NCBI GenBank assembly: GCA_040289475.1
Contig: PSLF01000008.1
Location: 21,224 to 85,223 of the forward strand
Reading direction: 5' to 3'
DNA length: 64,000 nt
DNA from: Acidimicrobiia bacterium
Lineage (GTDB): Bacteria > Actinomycetota > Acidimicrobiia > ATN3 > PSLF01
Shown: positions 17,932 to 27,143 of the stretch, one piece after another
Numbering within the stretch: the first letter of the stretch is position 1
How the letters are laid out: each line of letters begins with the position of its first letter
Made by a program: the position numbers and the translations under genes
Notes under the pieces: generated by a model
Databases searched by the model: none
Seen by the model: only the letters and a program-made list of their open reading frames with translations
What the model was told of the DNA's origin: nothing

Positions 17932-18992
17932 TGCCAAAGACTGTTGTCGGCCTTGATATCGGCACCTCGTCGGTGAGGGGTGTCGAGATACGCATCGGAA
18001 AAGACCGCCCCGTGTTGGTACGCATAGCTCAGCAAGAGATGGCTCCCGGATCGACTCGTGAGGGTGAAATTGTCAATCCGCCTGCAGTCGGAGACGCAAT
18101 CTCGAGGTTGTGGAAGTCGGGAAAGTTCAAAGGCAAGGACGCTGTCGTAGTCGGGGTGGCCAACGCGAAAGTAGTGGTGCGTCAAGTCGAGTTGCAGTGG
18201 ATGCCAGAAGAGGAGTTGCGCAACGCCTTGGCGTTCCAAATCCAAGAGTTCATTCCCATTCCGTTAGAGGAAGCGATCATTGACTACATGCCGGTAGAAG
18301 AGGTGTATCCAGGCGAGGGGCAGCGCCTCTTACGGATTTTAGTAGTAGCTGCTCAAAAAGAGATGATCCAGTCATTGATAGAGACGTTGCAGTATGCAAA
18401 GCTTCAACCTGCCGTCATAGACCTAAACGCGCTGGCTCTAATGAGGTCTCTGGTGAGCATGTACGGACTTGAAGAGCCACCGCCCGCCGAGGCACTCGTC
18501 GACATTGGCGCAGGCATTACGAACGTTGTAGTACACGAGCAAACCAAACCCCGCTTCGTGAGAATCATCGCCGGCGGGGGCGACGACTTTACTGCAGCAA
18601 TCTCCGAGCAGCTGGGCGTAGATCCAATCAGTGCAGAGCAGATCAAAAGAGAGATAGGTGCTTCGGGGTCTGCTCCTCCTGGCTACGATCGCGCGATGGA
18701 CGTGATCGAAGAAAAAACGGCCTCTTTTGTTGACGAGATTCGCGGATCCCTCGACTTTTATATGGCCCAGCCCGATGCCCAGCCGATCTCTCGAGTTGTC
18801 CTCTCTGGAGGAGGCTCGCAGCTTAGGACGATTCCAGATCGGTTACGCTCCGCCTTAGGGATCCCTGTCGAACAGGGGCATCCTCTTCAGTACGTTGAGC
18901 TTGCCGATCTTGGCATGCACCCTGAGCAGTTGGCCTCGATAGAGCCTTATCTGGCAGTTCCTGTAGGTCTGGCCTTGAGCGAGGCGGTCTGA
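17931..18992 (+). CDS. pilM: Type IV pilus assembly protein PilM (actin-like ATPase fold)
   Basis: VVGLDIGTSSVRGVEI N-terminus, 353 aa. Confidence 0.88.
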   Translation: MPKTVVGLDIGTSSVRGVEIRIGKDRPVLVRIAQQEMAPGSTREGEIVNPPAVGDAISRLWKSGKFKGKDAVVVGVANAKVVVRQVELQWMPEEELRNALAFQIQEFIPIPLEEAIIDYMPVEEVYPGEGQRLLRILVVAAQKEMIQSLIETLQYAKLQPAVIDLNALALMRSLVSMYGLEEPPPAEALVDIGAGITNVVVHEQTKPRFVRIIAGGGDDFTAAISEQLGVDPISAEQIKREIGASGSAPPGYDRAMDVIEEKTASFVDEIRGSLDFYMAQPDAQPISRVVLSGGGSQLRTIPDRLRSALGIPVEQGHPLQYVELADLGMHPEQLASIEPYLAVPVGLALSEAV

Positions 18993-18993
18993 G

Positions 18994-19839
18994 ATGTACA
19001 GGTTCAGGGGTGGAATAAACCTAGTACCTCCCGAGATAGCCGAATCACGCCTCGTCAGGCGGAATTGGTACATAGCCCTAGCGATCATCGCTGGTGTAGT
19101 AGCAATCCTTGTGGTACTCACCATTTTGCAGGCTGCGCAGAGCAAGCGACTGGCTAATAAAGTGGAGGCACAGCAGGCAGAAAACAATCGTCTAAAGGCT
19201 CGCGCAGCTGAGCTGGAGTACCTCGAGGGGCTTCAGACCGAGTTCGAGACGCAGCGCTCCTTGGTTCAGGCAGCCTGGACGAACGAAGTTTCATGGGCGA
19301 AGGTCCTTCAAGAGATTGCATCGGCAATGCCCGACGGCGTGTATTTGAACAGCTTCACGGGAGAGGCAGGGACTCAGCAGAACGTTCCCGCCCAGGGCCA
19401 GAGCCAACAGCCCAGCCCAGGAGGTCAGCAGACCTCACCCGGGGCAGCCCCACCAGGTAATGTGCTGCCACCATCGAGTCCTTCACCGACCCGCAAGGTT
19501 ATTGGCAAGGTCACGATTCAGGCTGTAGCCAAAAACCACAGGGAGGTCGGTAATTGGCTATACAGGGTCAATCGAGGAATGCCCTCTCTAACTTATGCCT
19601 GGGTTCGGGACGCAACGCTGTCAGAGCAAAAACAGCAGCTTCCCGGCGGAGGAGAGGTCGCTACTACGAAAACTTCGTTCAGTTTCGAAGCATTCCTCAG
19701 CCCATACGCCATGGGATGGATGGGCCGCTGTGCAGAGCGCGGATTCGAAAACCTCGCTCAAGCACCATACGGAGTCTGCGGACACTCGTTCTACGGTGCG
19801 CAATCATCTGGTGCCCCGCCGCCGACACCGAGAAGATAG
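18994..19839 (+). CDS. pilN: PilN-like pilus assembly protein with Gln/Pro-rich linker
   Basis: INLVPPEI N-terminal motif (PilN INLLP signature), single TM helix, coiled coil, low-complexity QQPSPGGQQTSPGAAPP linker. Confidence 0.75.
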   Translation: MYRFRGGINLVPPEIAESRLVRRNWYIALAIIAGVVAILVVLTILQAAQSKRLANKVEAQQAENNRLKARAAELEYLEGLQTEFETQRSLVQAAWTNEVSWAKVLQEIASAMPDGVYLNSFTGEAGTQQNVPAQGQSQQPSPGGQQTSPGAAPPGNVLPPSSPSPTRKVIGKVTIQAVAKNHREVGNWLYRVNRGMPSLTYAWVRDATLSEQKQQLPGGGEVATTKTSFSFEAFLSPYAMGWMGRCAERGFENLAQAPYGVCGHSFYGAQSSGAPPPTPRR

Positions 19840-19852
19840 CAGGTAGGTCTCA

Positions 19853-20692
19853 ATGCGAAGGGTGATTCCATTCATCGTGGCTGCAGTGGTGTCGGTGACG
19901 CTCATTCTTGCTTGGTTCTTTCTGATAAGGAGCCCGTTGGGGGCAAACAGGGCCGAAAAGCAAAAGGAGCTCTCGAAGTTACAGCAAGAACAGCGTAATC
20001 TCGAGACTACGATTGCTAGACGGGTCGAGCTCCAGCGCAATGAGGCTCGTACGCGGGCTGGATTAGTTGAATTCCGTCAAAACGTGCCTGACACGCCTGA
20101 CCTGGCGGAGTTCATCTGGGCAAATTATGAGATCGCTCGCCAAGCGGGAATGAAGTGGATGTCAATCGCCCCCTCGATACCAGAGCAACCACAAAAGACG
20201 AGCACTCCGTCCCAAGCACCATCTACAGCGGCGCCGGCAGAGATGAACATCTCTCTAAATCTAGAGGGCGGTTACTTCCAGATGATCGACTACTTGATTC
20301 GACTGGAAAAGCTGCGCCGTACCTTTGTAGTCGACAATCTACAGATTCTCGCTCAACTTGAGACCGCGCAGTTGCAGGTGAGCATTCGGGGCCGAATGTT
20401 TACCACCCAGACTGGTCTTCCTTGGACTCCATCTGACGCCGACCTGAATCTGATTTACCCGCCGCAGGGTCCGAGCCAGCGAGGCCAGATTCCTGGAGCG
20501 CCGGAGGCTGGTTGTACACCGCCCCAGCCCGGATTTTCCGAGGGTAGGCAGCCGAACGAGCTCGGGAACTGCTCTGGTCAGCTTTTCGTTCCGAGAGCCG
20601 GCGAGCCTGTTCCGCCTCAGCCAACTGGAATAGGTCCCAGTCCATCGCCTACAGGTGGCGGGGCGGGCGGCGCAAAGTCTATGGGCCCGTAG
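19853..20692 (+). CDS. pilO: PilO-like pilus assembly protein with Pro-rich C-terminus
   Basis: N-terminal TM helix then coiled coil (KQKELSKLQQEQRNLETTIARRVELQ), position after pilN. Confidence 0.7.
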   Translation: MRRVIPFIVAAVVSVTLILAWFFLIRSPLGANRAEKQKELSKLQQEQRNLETTIARRVELQRNEARTRAGLVEFRQNVPDTPDLAEFIWANYEIARQAGMKWMSIAPSIPEQPQKTSTPSQAPSTAAPAEMNISLNLEGGYFQMIDYLIRLEKLRRTFVVDNLQILAQLETAQLQVSIRGRMFTTQTGLPWTPSDADLNLIYPPQGPSQRGQIPGAPEAGCTPPQPGFSEGRQPNELGNCSGQLFVPRAGEPVPPQPTGIGPSPSPTGGGAGGAKSMGP

Positions 20693-20731
20693 ATAAAGGC
20701 GGCCTTGAAGATGATTGGGATTAGGTAAGCG

Positions 20732-21589
20732 ATGAGTACAGATATCCCCACCGGACCGATACAGCCACCTACTGGACCTATAGGCCAGGTGCCAACAGGT
20801 GGTCCCGGGCAGTATGGCCCGCCTCCGCCACCACCGGGCGCACCTCTAGGTGAGGGTTTTGGTGTGGGAGGCGGACCTGGTAGCCTAGCCCCGGAGGGAG
20901 TGCCTCCGGAGCAACCAGGAGCCCCGGCGCCGGAGGGCGCGCCCCCGACCCGCACGACAAGTCGCAGGCCAATGATAATTGCCCTAATGGTATTGGGGGT
21001 TTTGTTGATCGCGGCGGCTGTGTACTTTGTGTTTCTGAGAGGTGGTGGGGAAAAGCGGACTGCTACTCCCACCACGCCTCCAGCAGCCCCGAGAACGCCA
21101 CAGCAACCCGGCGGACAGGGCGCGCCCGGAGGAGGGACAATTACCGGAACAGCTGGGCCGGCACCAAGTCCATATCCCTCACTAGATCCAGGGCTTCAAG
21201 CAGACATCGCCGAATCTTTTCAGCAGTACAGTTCAAGGAATCCGTTCCGCTGTACGTTCGCTTGTCCCGTGCCTGCGACTACTACTACGGGAGCAAGTGG
21301 TACTACGGGTACTACCGGGGGAACGTCCTCGACGCCGTCGCCCGCTCCACAGGGCGGAAGCACTTCTGGTACTCAGCAGCCTTCTGGCTCGGGATCGTCG
21401 GTGACTCTCAAGGAGATAGTGGGTGGAACTCAGGCAGTTGTTCAGGTCTCCGGGCAGACATTTACTGTGGGAGTTGGTGAGACATTTGCTGGTAACTATA
21501 AGCTCACGCGAATCGCTGGGAATTGTGCCTCGTTTCTGCAGGGTGACTCTCCATTCACCTTGTGTACCGGACAGTCGGTGCTCAAGTAA
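20732..21589 (+). CDS. PilP-like protein: Pro/Gly-rich N-terminus, TM helix, C-terminal beta-domain
   Basis: TM helix MIIALMVLGVLLIAAAVYFVFL; C-terminal VTLKEIVGGTQAVVQVSGQTFTVGVGETFAGNYKLTRI resembles the PilP secretin-binding beta-sandwich; last gene of the pil block. Confidence 0.55.
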   Translation: MSTDIPTGPIQPPTGPIGQVPTGGPGQYGPPPPPPGAPLGEGFGVGGGPGSLAPEGVPPEQPGAPAPEGAPPTRTTSRRPMIIALMVLGVLLIAAAVYFVFLRGGGEKRTATPTTPPAAPRTPQQPGGQGAPGGGTITGTAGPAPSPYPSLDPGLQADIAESFQQYSSRNPFRCTFACPVPATTTTGASGTTGTTGGTSSTPSPAPQGGSTSGTQQPSGSGSSVTLKEIVGGTQAVVQVSGQTFTVGVGETFAGNYKLTRIAGNCASFLQGDSPFTLCTGQSVLK

Positions 21590-21872
21590 GCAAGCACCCC
21601 TCTTATCCGGTCAGCTGGAATGCTTACGGCATCCTCGCTCTAAGGAGAGATCGCGGAGCCGCCAGCAGCTCCAGGAGGCGGGTACTACGTTAGTTTGACG
21701 GAGCGGGCGGGGGGCCGGGAAGTTCGTAGACGGCCGTCACTCGGGTCTCTTGGCGGACTTCCCGGCCCCGGGGTACAGGCTGAACGAAGCCCGAACGGTT
21801 GAGCCCGAGCCTGAAGGACGCCAATGTATCCTGCGACTCGTTGTTAGTCCTACGGGTACCATTTCACTTGAC

Positions 21873-23048
21873 ATGCTTAGGTTCTTGACTTCCGGAGAAT
21901 CCCATGGCTTCGGCCTTGTAGTGGTCCTCGAGGGCCTTCCTGCTGGCATTTCCTTTAGCACGAAGGATTTGGCTAATGAGTTAGCACGAAGGCGCCTGGG
22001 GTTCGGTAGAGGGCCTCGCATGGCGATTGAAGAGGACAGAGTCCGAATTGTAGGGGGCCTCAGGCACGGGAAGACTCTTGGATCGCCGTTCTCGGTGCTA
22101 ATCGAAAATTCAGAGTTTGCCGAGAAGTGGGCCGAAACGATGAGTCCCGATCCCGGTGAAGTTTCGGGGGCTTTGACCCGTCCGAGGCCTGGCCATGCCG
22201 ATCTGGGCGGAATGATCAAGTACGGATTCGAAGATGCCAGGAACGTGTTGGAACGATCGTCGGCAAGGGAGACTGCAGCTCGAGTCGCAGCGGGCGCCAT
22301 ATGCAAGGCTTTTCTAGAAGCAGTGGGCGTGCGAGTACTAAGCCACGTCTTAGAAGTGGGGGGCGTCAGGGCCGATGTAGACATTCCACATCCCGATGAT
22401 CTCGAAGCGATAGACAAAGATCCCTTGAGGTGCTTGGACTCCCGGGCTTCCCAGGACATGGCCGCTGCAATTGAGGCAGCCCGAGAAGAGGGAGACACGG
22501 TCGGAGGCGTTTTCGAGGTCGTCGCTTATGGGTTGCCCGTAGGGCTCGGATCGTACGTGCATTGGGACAGGCGTCTGGACTGTAGGCTCGCAGGAGCGTT
22601 GATGAGCATCAACGCCGTGAAAGCAGTCGAGATCGGGGAGGGAATTGCACAGGCGCGTTCGAGAGGATCGCAAGCTCACGACGAGATCGTGTGGGGAGAT
22701 TCCGAGGGGCTGTTTATCGAAAGAAAAACTAACAGAGCGGGCGGAATCGAGGGTGGAATGACGACGGGAGAGCCTCTTGTGGTGAGGGGTGCCATGAAAC
22801 CTCTGTCTAGCCTCGCCCGTCCGTTGGCGACTATCGATCTTGCGACTGGAAAGCCAGCCGAAGCCATAACTCAGAGGACGGACACTTGTGCGGTCCCGGC
22901 AGCAGCGGTCGTGGGCGAAGCCATGGTCTCTTTTGTATTGGCTGACGCGATATTAGAGAAGTTCGGGGGCGACACCCTAGGCGAGATTCAGGAGCGCATT
23001 CGGGCTTACGAAGCTAGGCTGAAGCGTCGCTTGGATAGCTTGCCTTGA
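21873..23048 (+). CDS. aroC: Chorismate synthase
   Basis: MLRFLTSGESHGFGLVVVLEGLPAG canonical N-terminus (start moved to the internal ATG at 21873; the ORF extends upstream to 21750). Confidence 0.93.
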   Translation: MLRFLTSGESHGFGLVVVLEGLPAGISFSTKDLANELARRRLGFGRGPRMAIEEDRVRIVGGLRHGKTLGSPFSVLIENSEFAEKWAETMSPDPGEVSGALTRPRPGHADLGGMIKYGFEDARNVLERSSARETAARVAAGAICKAFLEAVGVRVLSHVLEVGGVRADVDIPHPDDLEAIDKDPLRCLDSRASQDMAAAIEAAREEGDTVGGVFEVVAYGLPVGLGSYVHWDRRLDCRLAGALMSINAVKAVEIGEGIAQARSRGSQAHDEIVWGDSEGLFIERKTNRAGGIEGGMTTGEPLVVRGAMKPLSSLARPLATIDLATGKPAEAITQRTDTCAVPAAAVVGEAMVSFVLADAILEKFGGDTLGEIQERIRAYEARLKRRLDSLP

Positions 23049-23659
23049 GAAGGGGTAGTACGAGCCAGCAACGCCGATGGGACCGCCATCTGTTTCTCAT
23101 CGGCATGATGGGTGCCGGAAAGTCGACGGTAGGGCCGCTCCTCGCCAACCAGCTCGGTCTTCAATGGATAGATCTTGACCAGATCGTAGAGGAAAAGACG
23201 GGACAATCCATTGGCGAGCTGTGGAGATATAGCGGAGAGGTTCTGTTCAGGAGGCTGGAGGCCGAGGCACTGGAATCGCTGGGAGGAGAGGCCTGTGTTG
23301 TGGGATGCGGCGGGGGAGTGGTGACTTACGAGAGGAGCAAGGAAGTATTGGCGAACCGGGGGCACTGTGTGTATCTGCGAGCTTCTCCAGAAGAGCTCGC
23401 TGCCCGAATTTGGAGGGGAGGTGGGGCCGAGACAGAAAAGTCTTTCTCGCATAACTTTGAGACCAAGGCTGTGGAGAGCCGTCCTCTACTTTTGGGAGTC
23501 TCATCTGAAGAAGAGCTTAAAGCCCGCCTTTCGGAGCTGCTTTCGGCGAGAGAACATTTGTACGAAGATCTCGCGAACTTTGTAGTCGACACAGAGAATC
23601 GAAGTCCACAAGAGGTAGCGAAGTCGATAGCGGAGTGGTGGGAGCAAAAGTGTCGGTAG
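23045..23659 (+). CDS. aroK: Shikimate kinase
   Basis: Walker A LIGMMGAGKSTVG; start codon uncertain. Confidence 0.9.
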   Translation: MRRGSTSQQRRWDRHLFLIGMMGAGKSTVGPLLANQLGLQWIDLDQIVEEKTGQSIGELWRYSGEVLFRRLEAEALESLGGEACVVGCGGGVVTYERSKEVLANRGHCVYLRASPEELAARIWRGGGAETEKSFSHNFETKAVESRPLLLGVSSEEELKARLSELLSAREHLYEDLANFVVDTENRSPQEVAKSIAEWWEQKCR

Positions 23660-24768
23660 CTGAAGTTTTGATAGTAGCACCTAGTCGCAGCTACCCAGTA
23701 CTGATAGGAAGCGGAATCCTACGGGAGCGACTAGCTAAGGCTGCCTCTGAGCTTGTGGACGCAGAGCGGGCAGCAATCATCACCGACACGGGCGTTCCTC
23801 AAAGATGGGTCGAGGAGGCGTGCCGGGGCATCAAAGACGCTGGCATTGAAGTGTCCATTTTCGTCTTCGAACAGGGAGAGTCGTCAAAGACCATTGGTAC
23901 GTGCTCTGAGCTTTTGAGCGCTATGGCCGACTCGGGCCTTCACCGACGCGATGTTGTAGTGGGCGTGGGAGGAGGTGTCACGACCGACATAGCGGGATTT
24001 TTGGCCTCCATCTACATGCGCGGTGTTGAATTGTTCCAGGTTCCCACGACACTCTTGGGAATGGTCGACGCCGCTATAGGTGGCAAAACGGGCGTGAACT
24101 TGCAAGGGTGGAAAAACCTCGTGGGAAGTTTTTATCAGCCTGCCGTCGTCATCTGTGACCTATCTACCTTGGAAACCCTTCCAATCGAAGAGCTTAGGAC
24201 TGGAATGGCAGAGGTCATCAAGTACGGGTTCATTTCTAGGCCGGAGATACTGGAGCTTGCAGCGAGCCTGCGTTCACGCCTTGTTGACGACCATCGCGAG
24301 ATTTTTCGCTACGAGGAAGCCGTTGAGGTGGTTCGTTCTTGCGTAGAGGTAAAGGCATCCGTGGTCTCTTCTGACGAAAGAGAATCTGGAATACGCGAGA
24401 TTTTGAACTTCGGTCACACCTTGGGACACGCAATCGAGAGGGTTACGTTGCACAAAGTTAGCCACGGGGAGGCAATCTCGATCGGGATGGCTTTCGAGGC
24501 CGAGCTCTCGGCACTTTTATTGGGTATTGACCCTTCTGTTGTGACTGAGGTTCGTGGGCGGATCGCAGAGATGGGGCTTCCTGTTTCGGTCGGAGGAGTT
24601 GAGCACAGAGTGGCGAAAGAATCGGTGTTCGAAGCGATGGCTATGGACAAAAAGTATCTCGGGGGGATGCGCTTCGTGCTTCTTGAGTCGATTGGAAATC
24701 CAATTGTTCGGATGATCGATGATTCGACAAAGATCGATATTGCTTTGGCGCGGGTAGGAATACAGTGA
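23635..24768 (+). CDS. aroB: 3-dehydroquinate synthase
   Basis: 377 aa, GGGVTTDIAGFLAS and metal-binding His motifs. Confidence 0.92.
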   Translation: MVGAKVSVAEVLIVAPSRSYPVLIGSGILRERLAKAASELVDAERAAIITDTGVPQRWVEEACRGIKDAGIEVSIFVFEQGESSKTIGTCSELLSAMADSGLHRRDVVVGVGGGVTTDIAGFLASIYMRGVELFQVPTTLLGMVDAAIGGKTGVNLQGWKNLVGSFYQPAVVICDLSTLETLPIEELRTGMAEVIKYGFISRPEILELAASLRSRLVDDHREIFRYEEAVEVVRSCVEVKASVVSSDERESGIREILNFGHTLGHAIERVTLHKVSHGEAISIGMAFEAELSALLLGIDPSVVTEVRGRIAEMGLPVSVGGVEHRVAKESVFEAMAMDKKYLGGMRFVLLESIGNPIVRMIDDSTKIDIALARVGIQ

Positions 24769-25316
24769 ATGGCTCGCGACGCGTATATCTCATAAATGGC
24801 CCCAACCTTTCAAGGTTGGGCAAGAGAGAGCCAAAGGTGTACGGCTCGACGAGCCTACGAGAGATCGAGGAGTCGTTTTCACGGCTGGCTTCTTCTCTAG
24901 GCTACGAGGCTGTATGTATTCAATCCGACTCAGAGTCGGAGATCATTAAAACCATTCACGCCGCAATCGACGAGAGTGCAGGGATCGTCATAAATCCCGG
25001 AGCCCTCACCCACTACTCCTACGCCATTGCCGATGCCTTGGCCCAGGCCCCTGGCAGGGTCGTAGAGGTTCACATCACCAACCCATACTCCAGGGAGGCT
25101 TGGCGCCAAAAGTCGGTTGTGTCTGCTTATGTGACGGGAACCATATCTGGATTCGGCGTGACATCTTATTTGCTGGCTCTGCGGGCATTGGCGGCGATAG
25201 ATGGTGCAGAAACCCCTGGCGCTGACTCCTCCGAGCACTCGGACTGGAGCTCGAGGCCTTCAAACAAGCAGGCGGAGCGCCAAATGGAGCAAGATTCTGG
25301 AGGTGGACCGGCGTGA
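24765..25316 (+). CDS. aroQ: Type II 3-dehydroquinate dehydratase with short disordered C-terminal tail
   Basis: VYLINGPNLSRLGKREPKVYG ... HITNPYSRE motifs. Confidence 0.92.
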   Translation: MNGSRRVYLINGPNLSRLGKREPKVYGSTSLREIEESFSRLASSLGYEAVCIQSDSESEIIKTIHAAIDESAGIVINPGALTHYSYAIADALAQAPGRVVEVHITNPYSREAWRQKSVVSAYVTGTISGFGVTSYLLALRALAAIDGAETPGADSSEHSDWSSRPSNKQAERQMEQDSGGGPA

Positions 25317-25429
25317 GGGTGTCGGCCCGCTCCGATCCTAAAAAGCCCTCCAAAAGGCCCAAGCGACAACGTAACAAAAGCGCGACCTCGCCTCAGTACC
25401 AGTTCCGCTGGGCAAAGGTGCGAAGACAA

Positions 25430-26479
25430 ATGGCGGCCAATGCAATTCCCGCTCTGCTCGTTACCAAACTAGCCAACATCAGGTATCTAACAGGATTCAC
25501 AGGATCTTCAGCAATGCTGCTGGTTACCCACAAGGACGCAGTCTTTGTGACCGACGGACGCTACGACTCTCAGTCAGAAGAGGAGTTGTCGAGAGCTGGG
25601 TTCGACGGCCACATTCTCGTTTATGGAGCGGAGGGTCTGGCCAAAACGGTAAAAGAGGCAGCCTCAATAGCCGAAGAAAAAAGAGTTTTCTTGGAAGCAG
25701 AGGCAGCCAGCTGGGGATTTGTTATACAGCTTAGAAAATGGTTAAGGGGTTACAAGCTGGAGCCGTCTTCTCAGATAATCGAGCAAGTGAGGGCTTCAAA
25801 GGACCCGTGGGAGATATCGCGTCTCAAGCAAGCGGCGCGTTTGACAGACTCGGCTTTCTCCGAGCTTCTCGGGTGGATCACTCCGGGCGTCACCGAGAGA
25901 GAAGTTGCTCTGCGCCTTGTGGATTACTTCGAGTCTTTAGGGGCCGACGGCATTTCCTTTGAGCCCATCGTCGCCTCTGGTGTGCGATCCGCCCTTCCTC
26001 ATGCCCGTCCACAAGATAAGCAGATATGCAACAACGAGCTGGTAGTCCTCGATTTTGGGTGTCGTATCGACGGCTACTGCTCCGACATGACGCGAACGGT
26101 ATATCTCGGCAAGCCTGATTCCGAGATCCGCAAGCTTTACACTTTGGTGCGCCGTGCCAACGAGGTTGGAGTGGCGGCGGTTTCCGCAAACCGTCTTGCG
26201 AGAACCGTAGATGCGGCAGCCAGGGGAGTAATTGCTAAAGGGGGCATGGGCGATTTGTTCGTTCACTCCACCGGGCACGGCCTCGGGCTAGAAGTCCATG
26301 AGTGGCCCAGGATCGGTAAAGGTGCTACGGATCGCATCCCGCTAAACTGTGTCGTTACTGTCGAACCGGGTGTGTACCTGCCTGGCCTAGGCGGTTTCCG
26401 GATCGAAGACATGGTCCTGGCGGTCAGAGGTGGGCACTCGTTGCTAACACGTTCACCTAAAGGACTCATCTGGCTGTGA
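25430..26479 (+). CDS. pepP: Xaa-Pro aminopeptidase (M24B family)
   Basis: M24 metal ligands (DFGCRIDGYCSDMTRT, HSTGHGLGLEVHE); start set at the internal ATG after a Lys/Arg-rich upstream region. Confidence 0.85.
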   Translation: MAANAIPALLVTKLANIRYLTGFTGSSAMLLVTHKDAVFVTDGRYDSQSEEELSRAGFDGHILVYGAEGLAKTVKEAASIAEEKRVFLEAEAASWGFVIQLRKWLRGYKLEPSSQIIEQVRASKDPWEISRLKQAARLTDSAFSELLGWITPGVTEREVALRLVDYFESLGADGISFEPIVASGVRSALPHARPQDKQICNNELVVLDFGCRIDGYCSDMTRTVYLGKPDSEIRKLYTLVRRANEVGVAAVSANRLARTVDAAARGVIAKGGMGDLFVHSTGHGLGLEVHEWPRIGKGATDRIPLNCVVTVEPGVYLPGLGGFRIEDMVLAVRGGHSLLTRSPKGLIWL

Positions 26480-26566
26480 TGTCTATGGGCCGGTAGAGGG
26501 AGCCAAACAGCAACGGAGCACCTGCCGCTTGCTACCGGATCACGTGAGCGATACGAGGAGAATGAG

Positions 26567-27136
26567 TTGATATCGACCAACGACATCAGAACCGGAATGG
26601 CGCTGGATCTGCCGGAGGGGTTATTTGAGATCGTCGAATTCCAGCATGTAAAGCCCGGAAAGGGTCACGCGTTCGTCAGGATGAAACTAAAAAACCTTCT
26701 GACCGGGGCTGTTTTGGACAAGACCTTCCGAGCGGACGAAAAGGTCCCCTTGGCCGTCATCGACAAAAAGGAGATGCAGTTTTTGTACCGCGATGGGAAC
26801 GCCTTGGTATTCATGGACAACGACACATACGACCAGCACAATTTTTCTCTGGAAGTGCCTGAGGTTGAGAAGGCCTCGGAGTTCTTGTCAGAGGGAGAGT
26901 CGGTTCTAGTCCACTTTCATGGCGAGCGTCTCATCAAAATAGAGCTTCCGCCCAGCGTTGTCCTGGAAGTAGTAGAGACGGAGCCAGGAGTAAAAGGCGA
27001 CCGGGTCTCTGGAGGAACAAAACCTGCCAAGCTTCACACGGGTCTCGTCGTCCAAGTGCCGCTTTTCATAGAGGAGGGGGACCGCATAAAAGTCGACACA
27101 CGAACGGGAGAGTACCTGACTAGGGAACAGGGTTAG
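26567..27136 (+). CDS. efp: Elongation factor P
   Basis: ISTNDIRTGMALDLPEGLFEIVEFQHVKPGKGHAFVRMKLKNL canonical EF-P. Confidence 0.95.
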   Translation: MISTNDIRTGMALDLPEGLFEIVEFQHVKPGKGHAFVRMKLKNLLTGAVLDKTFRADEKVPLAVIDKKEMQFLYRDGNALVFMDNDTYDQHNFSLEVPEVEKASEFLSEGESVLVHFHGERLIKIELPPSVVLEVVETEPGVKGDRVSGGTKPAKLHTGLVVQVPLFIEEGDRIKVDTRTGEYLTREQG

Positions 27137-27143
27137 CGGCGCG

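Noticed and set aside
20617-21075. 152-aa Gly/Pro-rich minus-strand ORF
   Set aside because: Mirror image of the Pro/Gly-rich N-terminus of the PilP-like gene; no independent support.
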